From: Stegostoma tigrinum
Lineage: Eukaryota
NCBI RefSeq assembly: GCF_030684315.1
Contig: NC_081396.1
Coordinates: 3,782,001-3,846,000, forward strand
Length of the DNA: 64,000 nt
Direction of reading: 5' to 3'
Both the position numbers and the translations under genes were made by a program. The notes beneath the pieces were generated by a model, which did not search any database, was not told where the DNA came from, and saw only the letters and a program-made list of their open reading frames with translations. Positions 35,632 to 46,900 of this stretch are shown here, piece after piece (positions within the stretch are counted from its first letter, which is position 1; the number at the start of each line of letters is the position of its first letter).

Positions 35632-36020
35632 CTGAAATGCCAACGGTGGCTCCATTCCCTGAAGTTCCCTGGCAGTGTTAAGATTAAAATCCTCCTGCCA
35701 TCCCGGTTTCACATACAGGATTGCGCAGTGGTATTTCAAAGAAATCACAAAAATAGATGACTGCGTCATGACAACGTTGCTTTTTTTTGGTAGTCCTTGT
35801 GTACACATTGCCTGCTGAAATGCCTACAAAACCATCCTGAGTATAATTTGCAGCTGCATCTCTTGCGCATAAGCGCAAGGCGACTCGAGGGAACAGTGAA
35901 CCAACCCTTCAAATAAACAATTTGCTTTGGTCTTCATGAAAACTAAGTTGTGTAAATCAATGAAAGGCATGTGTCTTTATTTTCGCGAATTTATGTTGCT
36001 GGTTTCTGATAAAAGGCATG
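35632..36020 (-). pseudogene. V-set exon relic with in-frame J-like G strand
   Basis: FYQKPAT*IRENKDT..IVYL../PRVALRL..YTQDGFVGISAGNVYTRTTKKKQRCHDAVIYFCDFF..*S*HCQGTSGNGATVGIS G|ataatt; Gln-to-Cys distance 259 nt versus 267 nt in the functional VH. Confidence 0.45.
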
Positions 36021-36454
36021 TTGATTTTGAAATGTAAATGAAATATGTGAGCTTGAATTGCCGTGTCAGCTCACTTTGATCAGTAAACCTAAAATAGTTC
36101 GAATGACTGTAGAAACAAAAAAGATAGAATCGGTGCATTCAGCTTCTCAGGGCTGAGCCAACTGTTTACAACAACTGATGAGTTCATCACAAGCAAAGGC
36201 AACACACATTTTCTCCAGAAGCTAGCATTTACGGAATGGGAGTTCATATCTGTCTTCAAAACTGGAGTATATCTTACACACGTTTTCCGACTGCAATGTT
36301 GGCACGTTATCTGTTTACTGTTTTAATAAAATTTTGTTGTAAATACTCGAGAACAACGAATGATTTCAGCTGTTCCTGACGAAGCATTCGTCAATGAGCT
36401 ACCAATCAGTGTTCATCAGAACAAGGAAAACCATGGCAATTGAAATAAATTAAC

Positions 36455-36555
36455 ACACCAACACAGACATACTTGTGAACACGCGCACACACCCACACAC
36501 AAACACATTGAATACAAAAAAAAACACATACACACACACTCAAACACACACACAA
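36455..36555. repeat. Degenerate (CA)n tract
   Basis: Read directly. Confidence 0.7.
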
Positions 36556-37974
36556 CTCATTATAGACAGAACGTAAACACGTTATAGTATGTTTAGTCGG
36601 ATCAGTTTAGATTGGGAAACAAAAGCACCAGTCAGGAAATTTTAGTTTGGGTGGATTTATTCATGTTGGAACATTGGAATTTGAGAGGACTTTTTTTTTT
36701 TCTTGAGAGCGACACATATGTCATGCTGTATAAAAGAAGTGAGAAAAACCTCTTTAACGTAGGGCATGTTCTGTAAATAAAATGTTCAGATATAAGTGAG
36801 CGGCCGGGAAAGTTCTGGAAGCTCAGTTCAGAAAAAAAGATGGAGAAGGTAGGAACAGGCAAAACATTTAAAATGTGTTTGGTGATATACTTCAAGTGCT
36901 ATAACCTTCAGTCTTATAGTTAATTTGCGATACAGTAGGCATAGGCTGGAAGGTTCTGTTTTCTATTGGCACAGTTCCAATAGGAGAATTCATTGTTTCT
37001 GTGGTGAAAATCTTCAATGACTCGAAATCCATGCATGTGCAATTCAGAGGCTCTAATTCACCTGCTTTATAAAATAAATGTTCCAAATTTCTATTTCGAT
37101 CATATCAAATTTCAATACACTGACACTCTACCTGTTTAGGGAAATAACGATATAATGTTCCCCAGACGATGCCCAGGACAACGTCCCTTTATTCAGCTAA
37201 TGTCAGCAAAATGAATGAACAAAGTTAAAGATATTAAATTTACATTGCCACAAATAAGCTAGGTTCATCTGCAGGAGATGCAACTCAAGTTTAAAAACAT
37301 TGCACCGAAGAAAGAGGAGCCCTCATGTCATGAGGAATGATTTTGTTCGAAACATGAAGGTGGATTCCTCAGAGCAACGAGTGTGAACAAATTTGTTTGG
37401 TCCTCCTTGTGGTTTAACACACTGAATGTTGATTCAATCCGATTAATTAGACACGTCCTTCATAACAGACAGGAAAGCAAATTCAAGAAATCATGGACCA
37501 AAATCGACAGTTGTTCAATGGACTTAAGGAAAGTCCAGAGCGGTATTCTGTAAATGTCAATGCTTCAACTTCTGACTCTTTGCTTTTATGTTTTTGACAT
37601 GACAATGACATATTTCATAAATTGCTACAACAAGAAACTGGCAACTATTCTGAACTGAACGAAGGTGGTTCAGAATTTCATAAGGATCTCGTGAGGTTTG
37701 CGCAATGGGTCTCGGAGAGATCCATGAAATTTAGCACAGAAGCTTTTGACATGATTTACTCAGGGCAGAAGAGTGTGGAGCGAGAACACAGAAGATTGAG
37801 TACAACATGTAATATCGCATAAAAACAAGAAGGGTATTTGAAACCTACAGGTTAGACTTCACTTGGAGTGCATCTTCAGCTTTTGGGTCGCAATTCAAGG
37901 CCTGACTTAAACATGTCTTCAAGATACAAGAATGTTCATCCAGTCAAGGGGCTTTCATTAAATGGCACGGTGTA

Positions 37975-39990
37975 GAACAAAAACAAAGTTGCTGGAAAAG
38001 GTCAGCAGGCCTGGCAGCATCTGTGGAGGAGAACAGAGTTAACATCTGGGACCCTTCCTCAGAACTGATGGTGGCTGGAATAATGTCAGTTTCCATGCAG
38101 CAAATTGTGATGTGGGTGGGATCGGGACTTATCGATATGACAGAGCCCAAACAGAGAGAAAGACAGTTGGACAGGGTAAAAAAAAAACGAGATGCTAATG
38201 ATCAGGCTGGGAGGGTGAAGAGTTGTGAATGGGAACTGTTAGTGACGAACAAACGTGGGGCGTGGATTGGCAGGCTATTTGTGAACAAGTCCTGGTGTGT
38301 GGGCTGAGGGCGTGGGACATGGGAGAGTATCGGGCCTCAAATTATTGAACTCAATATTGAGTCAAGAGGGCTGGAGGGTCCCCAAGTTGTTTTTCCTCGA
38401 CCATGCGTTGGGCTTCACTGGTCCTCTGCAGAAAGACGGAGTCAGAGATATTGGCCAGGGAGCAAGGTGGTGCATTGAAGCGACAGGCAACAGGTAGTTC
38501 AGGGTCTATTTTGCAAGTCGGACGTAGATGTTCTGCGAAGCCGTCGCCAAGTCGATGCTTCGCTTCCCCAATGTAAAAGGGACTACGTTGGGAGCAGGGA
38601 ATGCAGTAGACTAGATTCTTGGAAGTGCAAGTGGTGTGTTGCTTCACCTGGAAGGTATGTTTGGGCCCTTGGACACCGGGGAGGGAGGAGATAAATGTGC
38701 AAGGGTTCATCTTTGCCAGTTACAGGGGCATGTTTCGTAGGGCTGTGGGGAGGTGCTACGTGTGAAGGAAGTGTGGACAAGGGTTTCCCAGAGGGAACGG
38801 TCCCTGCGGAATTCAGACAAGGGAGTGGAAACGAGCATATGCCTGGTGGTGGCATCATGCTGGAGGTGCTGGAAATGGTGTGTGGTGATTTTCTGGAAGT
38901 GGATGTTGGTGGGATCATAGGTGCGGAGAAGGGGAACGCTATTGCTGTTGTGGGAGGGAAGAGAAGGCATGAGGGCGATAAGGTTACAGTAAGGCTTAGA
39001 GTTGGGTTAGGTACATGAGATAAGTTGGACCTGATTGGGGAAAGAGCTGGGGAATACTCGGTTGAAGAAGAATGTGGGCATTTCAGATGCTCCTTTGTCG
39101 AAGTTGGCTTCAGCCGAACATGTGCTGGGGAGGCGGAGAAACTGAGAGAATTGGATGGAGTCTTCACTGGAAGAGGGGTGTGAGGATGTATAGTCCAGGT
39201 AGCTGTGGGAGTCGGTGGGTTTATAAAGGATATTAGTGGCCGGTCTATCCCCAGAAATGGAAAGAGAAATGTCGAGGAAGGGAAGGGAGGTGTCAGAGAT
39301 AGACGAGGTGAAAGTCAGGGCAGGGTGGAAATTGAGGGTGAAAAAGATGAAGTTTTCCAATTCTTGTCGAGAGAGGGAAGCAGCACCGATGATATCATCG
39401 ATATGTCGGAGAAAGAGCTGTGGGTGGAGGCTGGAATAGGACTGGTACGAAGAATGTTCCACGTACCCGACAAAGAGACAGGCGTATCTTGCGCCCATGT
39501 GGGTGCCCATGGCAACCCCTCTTATCTGAAAAAAAAATGAGAGTAGTTGAAAGATAAATTTTTGAATCCATCATAAGACATCAGATGAATCATGGATGTA
39601 TGTGGGTAGGGATGGAATGGGTAGAGAAGCCTGAGTCAAGGCAGTAAGAGATGAGATCTATGGGGCATGAGCAGGCTGAAACAATGGGCCTGCCCGGACA
39701 GCACCGTTTTTGGACTTTTGGAAGGAGGTAGACATGAGTTGTGCGGGTTGAGGGACTATTAATTTGGAAGCGGATGAGGGGGGATCACTGGATGAAATGA
39801 GATCAATATGCATAGTGGATACAATGGTCCGATGTGCCATGCGGGGGTCATAGTCAAGGGGAAGGTAGGAGGAGGTAACTGCGAGCTGGTGGTCATCCTC
39901 TGCAACGTAGAGGTCCGTACGTCAGACAACAACAGCACGCCCCTCATCGGCAGGCTTGATGACAAAGTTAGGGTGAGATTTGAGTGCACA
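37975..39990 (-). mobile_element. Penelope-like retroelement (RT plus GIY-YIG endonuclease), frameshifted
   Basis: RT MGTHMGARYACLFVGYVE..FLRHIDDI..LPFLDI..YKPTDSHSYLDYTSSHP (39007-39510); GIY-YIG NLVYCIPCSQRSPFYIGEAKHRLGDGFAEH (38351-38710); 3' end near 37975-38070. Confidence 0.92.
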
Positions 39991-40740
39991 GAATGCAGTC
40001 AGTTCGGAGGCATGTTGTCGAGGTTGGGCAGTTTTTGTGTTGCAGAAATGTATGAGAGGTGATTGATAGATATGTTAAAAATAATAAGGGGTTTGGACGG
40101 ATAAAGAAGTGGACCAACAGTGACTTGAAGAAACCAGATTTCATGACACAATACGTAGCTAGGTCATGGAAAGCACTTCTTGAGAATATAGTGCAGGCAG
40201 CAGGAACTGCATATTTCCAGAAGGCATTCACTCATTATCTGAAAAAGAAACAATCAAAGTGATTGACTTTTCAGAGGTTTAAAGCAGACAGGAATCGCAG
40301 AAACTCCGTAATTCTGTTCATCCAGTGCAAATGCCACAAGGCACAACTGGCGTCGATGTTTTTTTTTCACAGCGTTGACACAACAATGCAGTTCACTAAA
40401 TCTTGTCGTTGACCTTGTCAAAGCAAATCATTTCTTAGTTGTTTCTGTGATAAGCTCATTATTAGTACATACATCATTGAACCAAAATCCTCTTTAAATT
40501 TGATTTGACATCCTTATGTAAGACTATGCTCAATAATGTCACGGATAATATTACACTATGACTTTTTGAGATGTAAATCAAAATCGCACTCTGCTTTTTC
40601 TACGCAACATCCATCATGTTCTGTTACAAGGGCATTCACTTCTGTTGTTTTTCTTAAAGCCCGTTATCAGCAACTTTTATTTTATACAATTTATATTATT
40701 ATGATCTAAGTATTCGGAATGTCAACTAAACTTACAGAGC

Positions 40741-40890
40741 GTTTGTGCTCCTGAGATGCTGCTTGGCATGCTGTGTTCATCCAGCCTCACATTTTATTAT
40801 CTTGGATTCTCCAGCATCTGCAGTTCCCATTGTCTCTTTCACACTTTGTTATCTTGGATTCTCCAACATCTGCTGTTCCCATTATCTCTA
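40741..40890 (+). mobile_element. Penelope-derived repeat with tandemly duplicated tail
   Basis: tgctcctgagatgctgcttggc.. followed by two copies of tatcttggattctcca.catctgc.gttcccatt.tctct. Confidence 0.75.
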
Positions 40891-41369
40891 AACTTACTCC
40901 ACGTTTTGGTTTAACGTTGACTCAACTGTCATTGACTGTTCTGTGTGCTCCTTGGTTAATCAGGTCTGGCTTGGGTGTAATATGGGCAGAAAAGTTTGCC
41001 ACTACGCTCATAACAACAATAGAATTCGGTGGGGCATAAGGGAAGATAAAGACGAATTTTGTACTCAAAGGGAATGGATCTTGGGGAAGATAAAAGAAGA
41101 CGCTAACTTCTATGATACAGACAACGGCATGATCTAAAATTGATTAGCAACAGATGCATACTTCTTCAGCAATGTTCTGAAATTATTTTTGCAGGAAAGA
41201 AAATAAAAGACACAGCCCTCCATTGAGTGCAAGCTTCATTACTGATGTGTTTAGAACTGACAACATTTGAGTCTGTATTGTGTATTTTTTATTTTCCAAA
41301 CTGGAGGATAGCCACAGTGGCCTCTTGGATTTAGCACAATTGAAGGTGTCATCCCGCCCCGGCATATGT

Positions 41370-41525
41370 TGGAAATTGAATTCAACTTCAACCAAACTGG
41401 AATTAAGAGTGTACTGATACCGATGAAAGCCTTGCTGATCGTCAGAAAAAAAAAAAAACTAATTCACTAATGTCCTTCAAGAAGGAAATCTGCAATCCTC
41501 AACTGGTCTCCCTCCATGAGAAAAC
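41370..41525 (+). mobile_element. DeuSINE (SacSINE1-like) fragment
   Basis: aaattgaattcaa..ctggaattaagag..ttcactaatgtccttcaagaaggaaatctgc..tggtct. Confidence 0.6.
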
Positions 41526-41529
41526 ATTT

Positions 41530-42960
41530 TGGCAATTGAAACGAAGACTTGTGCTCCAAAACTTGCTGCTTTCCGAGCCAAGTCGTTTCAGTGCAGTTAC
41601 AACACTGAAATCTATTCAACAATGAGGAAAATTGCCAATGACTTGCACATAAAAAGGGGGCTATATCCAATTTGTCAATTACTGCCCAATCAGTCTGAAG
41701 TCGATCATCAGTGCGTTGGTGTGAGGTGACGTCAACGATGCTATCAAGCAGAACCTGCTCGACAATAAACTGATGAGTGATGCCCAAGTTTGGAGTCCGC
41801 CAGGCCACTCAGCTCCTGATGTCATGGCAGCGTTGGTCCAAACAACTGAATTCCAAAAGTGAGGTTTTAATGGCCGCTCTTATCATCAAGGCTGCATTCG
41901 AATGAATGTGGCATCAAAGACCCCGCATAAAATTGGAGTCAATGCAAATGAATAGGCTAAATTCTCCAGCACCTGCAGTTCCCATTATCTCTGATACTAA
42001 ATTTCTGGTGTTTGGATTCTCACCTGACATACGGAAGATAGCCGTGGTTGTTGGAGGTCTGTCATCTCAACTCCATGACATCTCTACAGGAATTCACCAG
42101 GCTACTATCCTAAGCCCAAGCATCTGCAACTGTTTCATCAATGACCTTCCCTCCATCATAAGGTCAGAAGTGGGGATGTTTAACGATGAATGCGCAATGT
42201 TCAGCACGATTCACGACTCTTCAGTGACTGAAGCACACCATATTCAAATGCAACAAGATTTGGGCGAAATCCAGTTGTGTGTTGACAAGCAGCAGGTAAC
42301 ATTTGCGCCACAGGAATATCAAGTTATAACTATCATGCATAAAGAAGCAGTTTCACCAGAACCCCCTGGCATTCAACAGTGTTATCATCATTGCAAACCT
42401 TACTATCAACATCCTGGGGCTTATCATTGGCAAGAAATTCCAACTGAACTTACAACAGAAACACACTGGCTGCAGAAGCAAGCGAGAAGCTAGGAATACT
42501 GCGGCGAATAACTCACTTCCTTACTCATCAAAGTTTATCCAACGTCTGCAAGGCACGAGTGAGATGTGTGATGGATTACTCCACATTGCATGGATGAGTG
42601 CAGCCTCAACAACACCCAAGAAGCTCGACACCATCCAGGACAAGGCAGCCCACTTGATTGGCGTTACATTCACAAACATACAGTCGTTTCACCACTGATG
42701 CTCAGTAGCAGCAGTCTGTACTAACTACAAGGCAAACTGCAGAAATTCACCAAAGATCCTCAGACACCATCTCCCAAATGCTCGACCAATTCCATCAAGA
42801 AGGACAAGGGCAACAGACATATAAGAATGCCATCATGGTCAATTTCCTCTCCATCCCACTCACAATCTTGAGTTAGAAATATATCACAGTTCCTCTGTGA
42901 TAACTGGGTCAAAATCCTGGAATACCGCCGTTAATGGTATATTGGACTGCAGTGGTTCAA
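41530..42960 (+). mobile_element. CR1/L2-superclade LINE, RT to 3' end
   Basis: ORF 41906-42493 VVVGGLSSQLHDISTGIHQATILSPSICNCFINDLPSIIRSEVGMFNDEC (decayed PQG and FADD motifs). Confidence 0.88.
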
Positions 42961-43315
42961 AAAAAAGAACTTTAAAATAACGAACATATGTTACAGGATC
43001 CAAAAACATTCTATGTATTCTGATTCTTATCAACAGTTTGCCAATTTTTCTCAACAAGCAAGAACCACAGCAGGTAGTTCGGAAAAAATCAGTATTTGAA
43101 TATTCTGCTGGAAGCAAATTATAAGTAAAAAGAATAAACACGAGACGCTGACAGAAGGAAATGTCAGTATCATAATTGTTACAACATTTGAAACTTTGGT
43201 CAAGGTGGACATTTTAAGTAGTCATGGTTTCTGACAGATATCAGACTGTAATCACCCTTTACAACAAGCTCTTTCAAAGAGAGAGAATTTCCAAATTATG
43301 AAATTAAAATACAGT

Positions 43316-43615
43316 AGAATCCTTAGAGAATGGAATCAGTCATTTTGTCCCACCGAGTCCTCAGGGACTCTCCAAAGGGCGCCCCATCCGAACCCTTCCC
43401 GGAGCTCAGACAGAAAACCTACACATCCCGAGGCACTCTGGGTAATTTAGAATTGCCGATCGACCCAACTTGCATATTTTTGGGTTGTGGATGAAACTGG
43501 AGCAGCTGGCAGAAATACAAAAATGTGTAGGGTCCACACAGTCAGTGGCCTGAAGATGGAATCAAATGTGGGGCCTTGCTGCGACTGGCTGTGCTAATCA
43601 CTGAGCCACTGTACC
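43316..43615 (-). mobile_element. HE1-like V-SINE
   Basis: Reverse complement starts ggtacagtggctcagtgattagcac (tRNA-derived A box)..tgactgtgtgga..ccacaacccaaaaatatgcaagt. Confidence 0.7.
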
Positions 43616-44799
43616 TTACCTTGTCTTCTGATGAAGCTGATAATCTTCAGAGTCGCGGCAGAAAAGGGGTTCCGTCTATATATTATTTCAGTTGTCTTCT
43701 GCAACGACACAACTGTCTGTGCAAATTTTTTTTGCCTTGTCTAGTGTAATAAAATAATAATTAGATCAACTAGAAGTATCAGGATGGGGACATGATGGAT
43801 ACAGAATCTAAAACTGATCAAAGAGACATTAAATCGAATGAAATGTAAGTGACAAAATTTTAAAAAGGGTCAAAACATTAAAGGTGCAATCTAATTGTTC
43901 CAGTATTGAGAGAAACGTATAAGTTTATTACAATGTCCAGAGACTTGTCCAACAACGTCCTGGAACCAGCCTTTAATCAGACCACAATAAGTGACTAATA
44001 TATGTCAGTTCAATGTGATCGATCACTGCCCACGTACTCTCTGTCTAAATATAGGCCACATTGGCAGATGTTTCCTCCAGATTGTTCAAGAGATTTATTT
44101 TCTGATCAAAAGTGACATGCGTGGCTTGCCAGTAGCACCGAGAAACAGGAAGCTGTGTATCAGGTGAGAATGACACAACACGAGTCCGTTTCATGTTATC
44201 AGCACAAACAAACTTCCTGCGTGTGAGGGTGAAAACACACTATCAGCCTCAGGAACAAGTTTGCAGATTGCTTTTGGTCTGAACACTGTGTTCAACTCCA
44301 TTCCCTTTTTGTTTTTAGAATACAACATTTAACACAGAAGAGTAATTTAACTAGTCAAGGTTAACTGTGAAAGAAAAAAAAGACTGCTGAGTGTAATCAC
44401 TGAAAAAGGGGTCTAAAAGACAATAAATAGATTCGCTCTCAAACTTCTGATTAAAAAATAGAACACTTTAGGGAAGTTCAGCGCTATCTCAGGGAAAAAA
44501 AAAGAAAGGCGAGTTTGCAACAGTGAACAGGTCTTTCTGCCATTGAAATTTCGTCTGGTAATATTTTGGCGTTCGCCTCTTTTAATTCATATAAGTTTTC
44601 ACGAAGAAGCCAGGCAATTTTTTTCTTTTGGGTTGTCAGCCATAGACCGTATTAATTTGAACAAGAGAATTAGCAAATGATTGAGACAAGAAGGAAGCTT
44701 TTCCTGGATCTGGTTCCATGCTACTAAATGAGAATCAGTTGCGGCCTAACTATCTAATTGCCACCTCAGTTAGCAGCAAAGACCTCAGGAAATCTGCAT

Positions 44800-46900
44800 T
44801 TGTTCTCAGGTCGAAAAAAATGAGCTTAAGTCGAGTGTTATCAAATGAAATAAAGACAACTGTGAACACATGAAAGCAAAACGAATTATATTGAGCCTGC
44901 AAAACATTTAAGGAACTCACTATTGTCGCGGTGACAGGACAGAATACGGAAAACGTATAGATTAAAAGTTAAACAATGAAGAACATATCAGAGCGAAAAA
45001 GAAACTTATCTAAGAAGATTAAACAGACAGAGATAATATTCATTTACTTCAAAGCTATAGTGATTGAAACTGGCAACAATGAGGAAATGGGTAATTAATT
45101 GAGGTACTTTACGACAACACTTTCAATAGAAGATATCACTACGACACCAGAATTAACTGGTAAATCAAGAAAACGAAAATATGGTTAAGATAGCAATAAA
45201 ATTACAACCGATAGTTACGTGTTACTGACAAAATAGCTGGAGTTCTTTGTTGTGTGAGGTCTATGCTGAGATATTGATAGAAATGAGTCGAGGAACATTT
45301 TATGTACTAATTTTTACTATCTAGATTTCCCGAGATTCTGGAAATGTTCCAGTGGATTGTACAGTTGTGAATTGAAGTTATTTATTACAAGGGGACGATA
45401 CAGAAAGCAGAAAACTGCTTGCCAGTTAACTTGACTTCTGGCATAAGGAATATGCCAGGACCTATTATTAGGGAAATACTAACAGAGAAATTCAAAACTA
45501 TCAGATGGAATCCATACTACTTTGTAAAGGGAAAAGCATGCCTAGAGTTCATCGTAGAATTTTGACAAGTAAACCTATACAGTTGATAAAGCAGCATCAG
45601 CACTCAGACAACCAGAAATGAATGAAAACTAGGAAAAGAGAGAAAAGCAGATGATGATTCATAATATTGAGCTTGTTATGTGATTCAATATGATCATAGG
45701 AGATCAAAATCTGGAAACCTTTTGAAGTAACCCCTCAGCTAGTAGGAATGGCTTTACTGAGGTAATGTGACTGTGACTGTAATCCGTTATGTCAGTTACA
45801 TTATCAGCAAGGCCTTATACAATTTATTTTTTCAGAAGGCTCACTCCGCCTGTATTAAAAACACCGTGCAAACATGGCTAATGTTCCATCGGTATTCCAA
45901 AAGTCCATGAATAAAGTGTCACATGAAATTTTGTTGCAGAACATAAAAGATCAGAGTCAAGTGGTTCTACTTTGGAACGGATTGACTATGGCTAGCTTAC
46001 CCTCTCTAAAGAACAAACATAACTTGGTGCTTTTCTGATTGGCAAGATTTCAATGAGCCAGATGGGAAGTGATCAGTAATGCAGCCTCAAGGCTGTACAG
46101 TCTTAAATGACTTGGCTGAATTGGCGAAAAGAGTGGTTGATAATATGCTGAAAACACATTGATAAACAGGATTGTTCACTGCGAACAGGACATGAGGAAG
46201 TTACAAACAGATAGATACCGATTAAGTGAATGGAAATTTTGAACCAATTTGGAGAATCATGTCTAAATTCACAGTATGTCTATGATTTTAGGAATTGCAA
46301 AGTAGAAACTGTGAAGCAGAGGCAGCAGGATTTCCTTGTGCATGAATCATAAAAGCTGAGAATACAGGAACTTCAATTCCCTCCGAAAACTAACAGACTG
46401 TGACGGTTTATTCCAAGTGGAGTTGTTGAAAACAAAAACATAAAGATCATGATGCATGTATATGATACATTGAATGAAGCCACATGAAATTACGATGGTA
46501 GAAGTTCAGTGAAAAATTATGAGACTATTAATGAGCAACGTTTGGGCAGGATAGGCTGAGACAAACTTAAGCTTGAACAAGTGCCGAGTGCTTCATTCAA
46601 ACCTCCGAAAACATAAGTCATCTGGATATGGTAAATGGGGAACACCACGTTTCCTCTTTTGCAATTGCTGGTAAAAGTTGATAAATCAGGATTTTTCCAT
46701 TGAACACTAAAATACGTTAAGAATATCTGCTCGCTGGTAGTCTTTGAAGCTCTCTTGATGAAAAACGTGTGAAGCATAATATGTTTATACCTTTTTGTTC
46801 AGGCAGTAGCAGATGCATTCTTGCTTAACAAGGGTATGAACGATTATTCGGTGTAGTCGGGTATGCAAACTAAATAGCTAAACGGGGTCGACGAGTTGGG
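44800..46900 (+). mobile_element. Highly decayed CR1-type LINE ORF2
   Basis: gcagaaaactgcttgccagttaacttgacttc (NYRPVSLTS relic); gataccgattaagtgaatgg; 3' motifs. Confidence 0.6.

Noticed and set aside
38583-39540. Long overlapping ORFs (194 aa minus; 107 and 111 aa plus) as host genes
   Set aside because: Alternative frames or antisense of the GC-richer Penelope coding region
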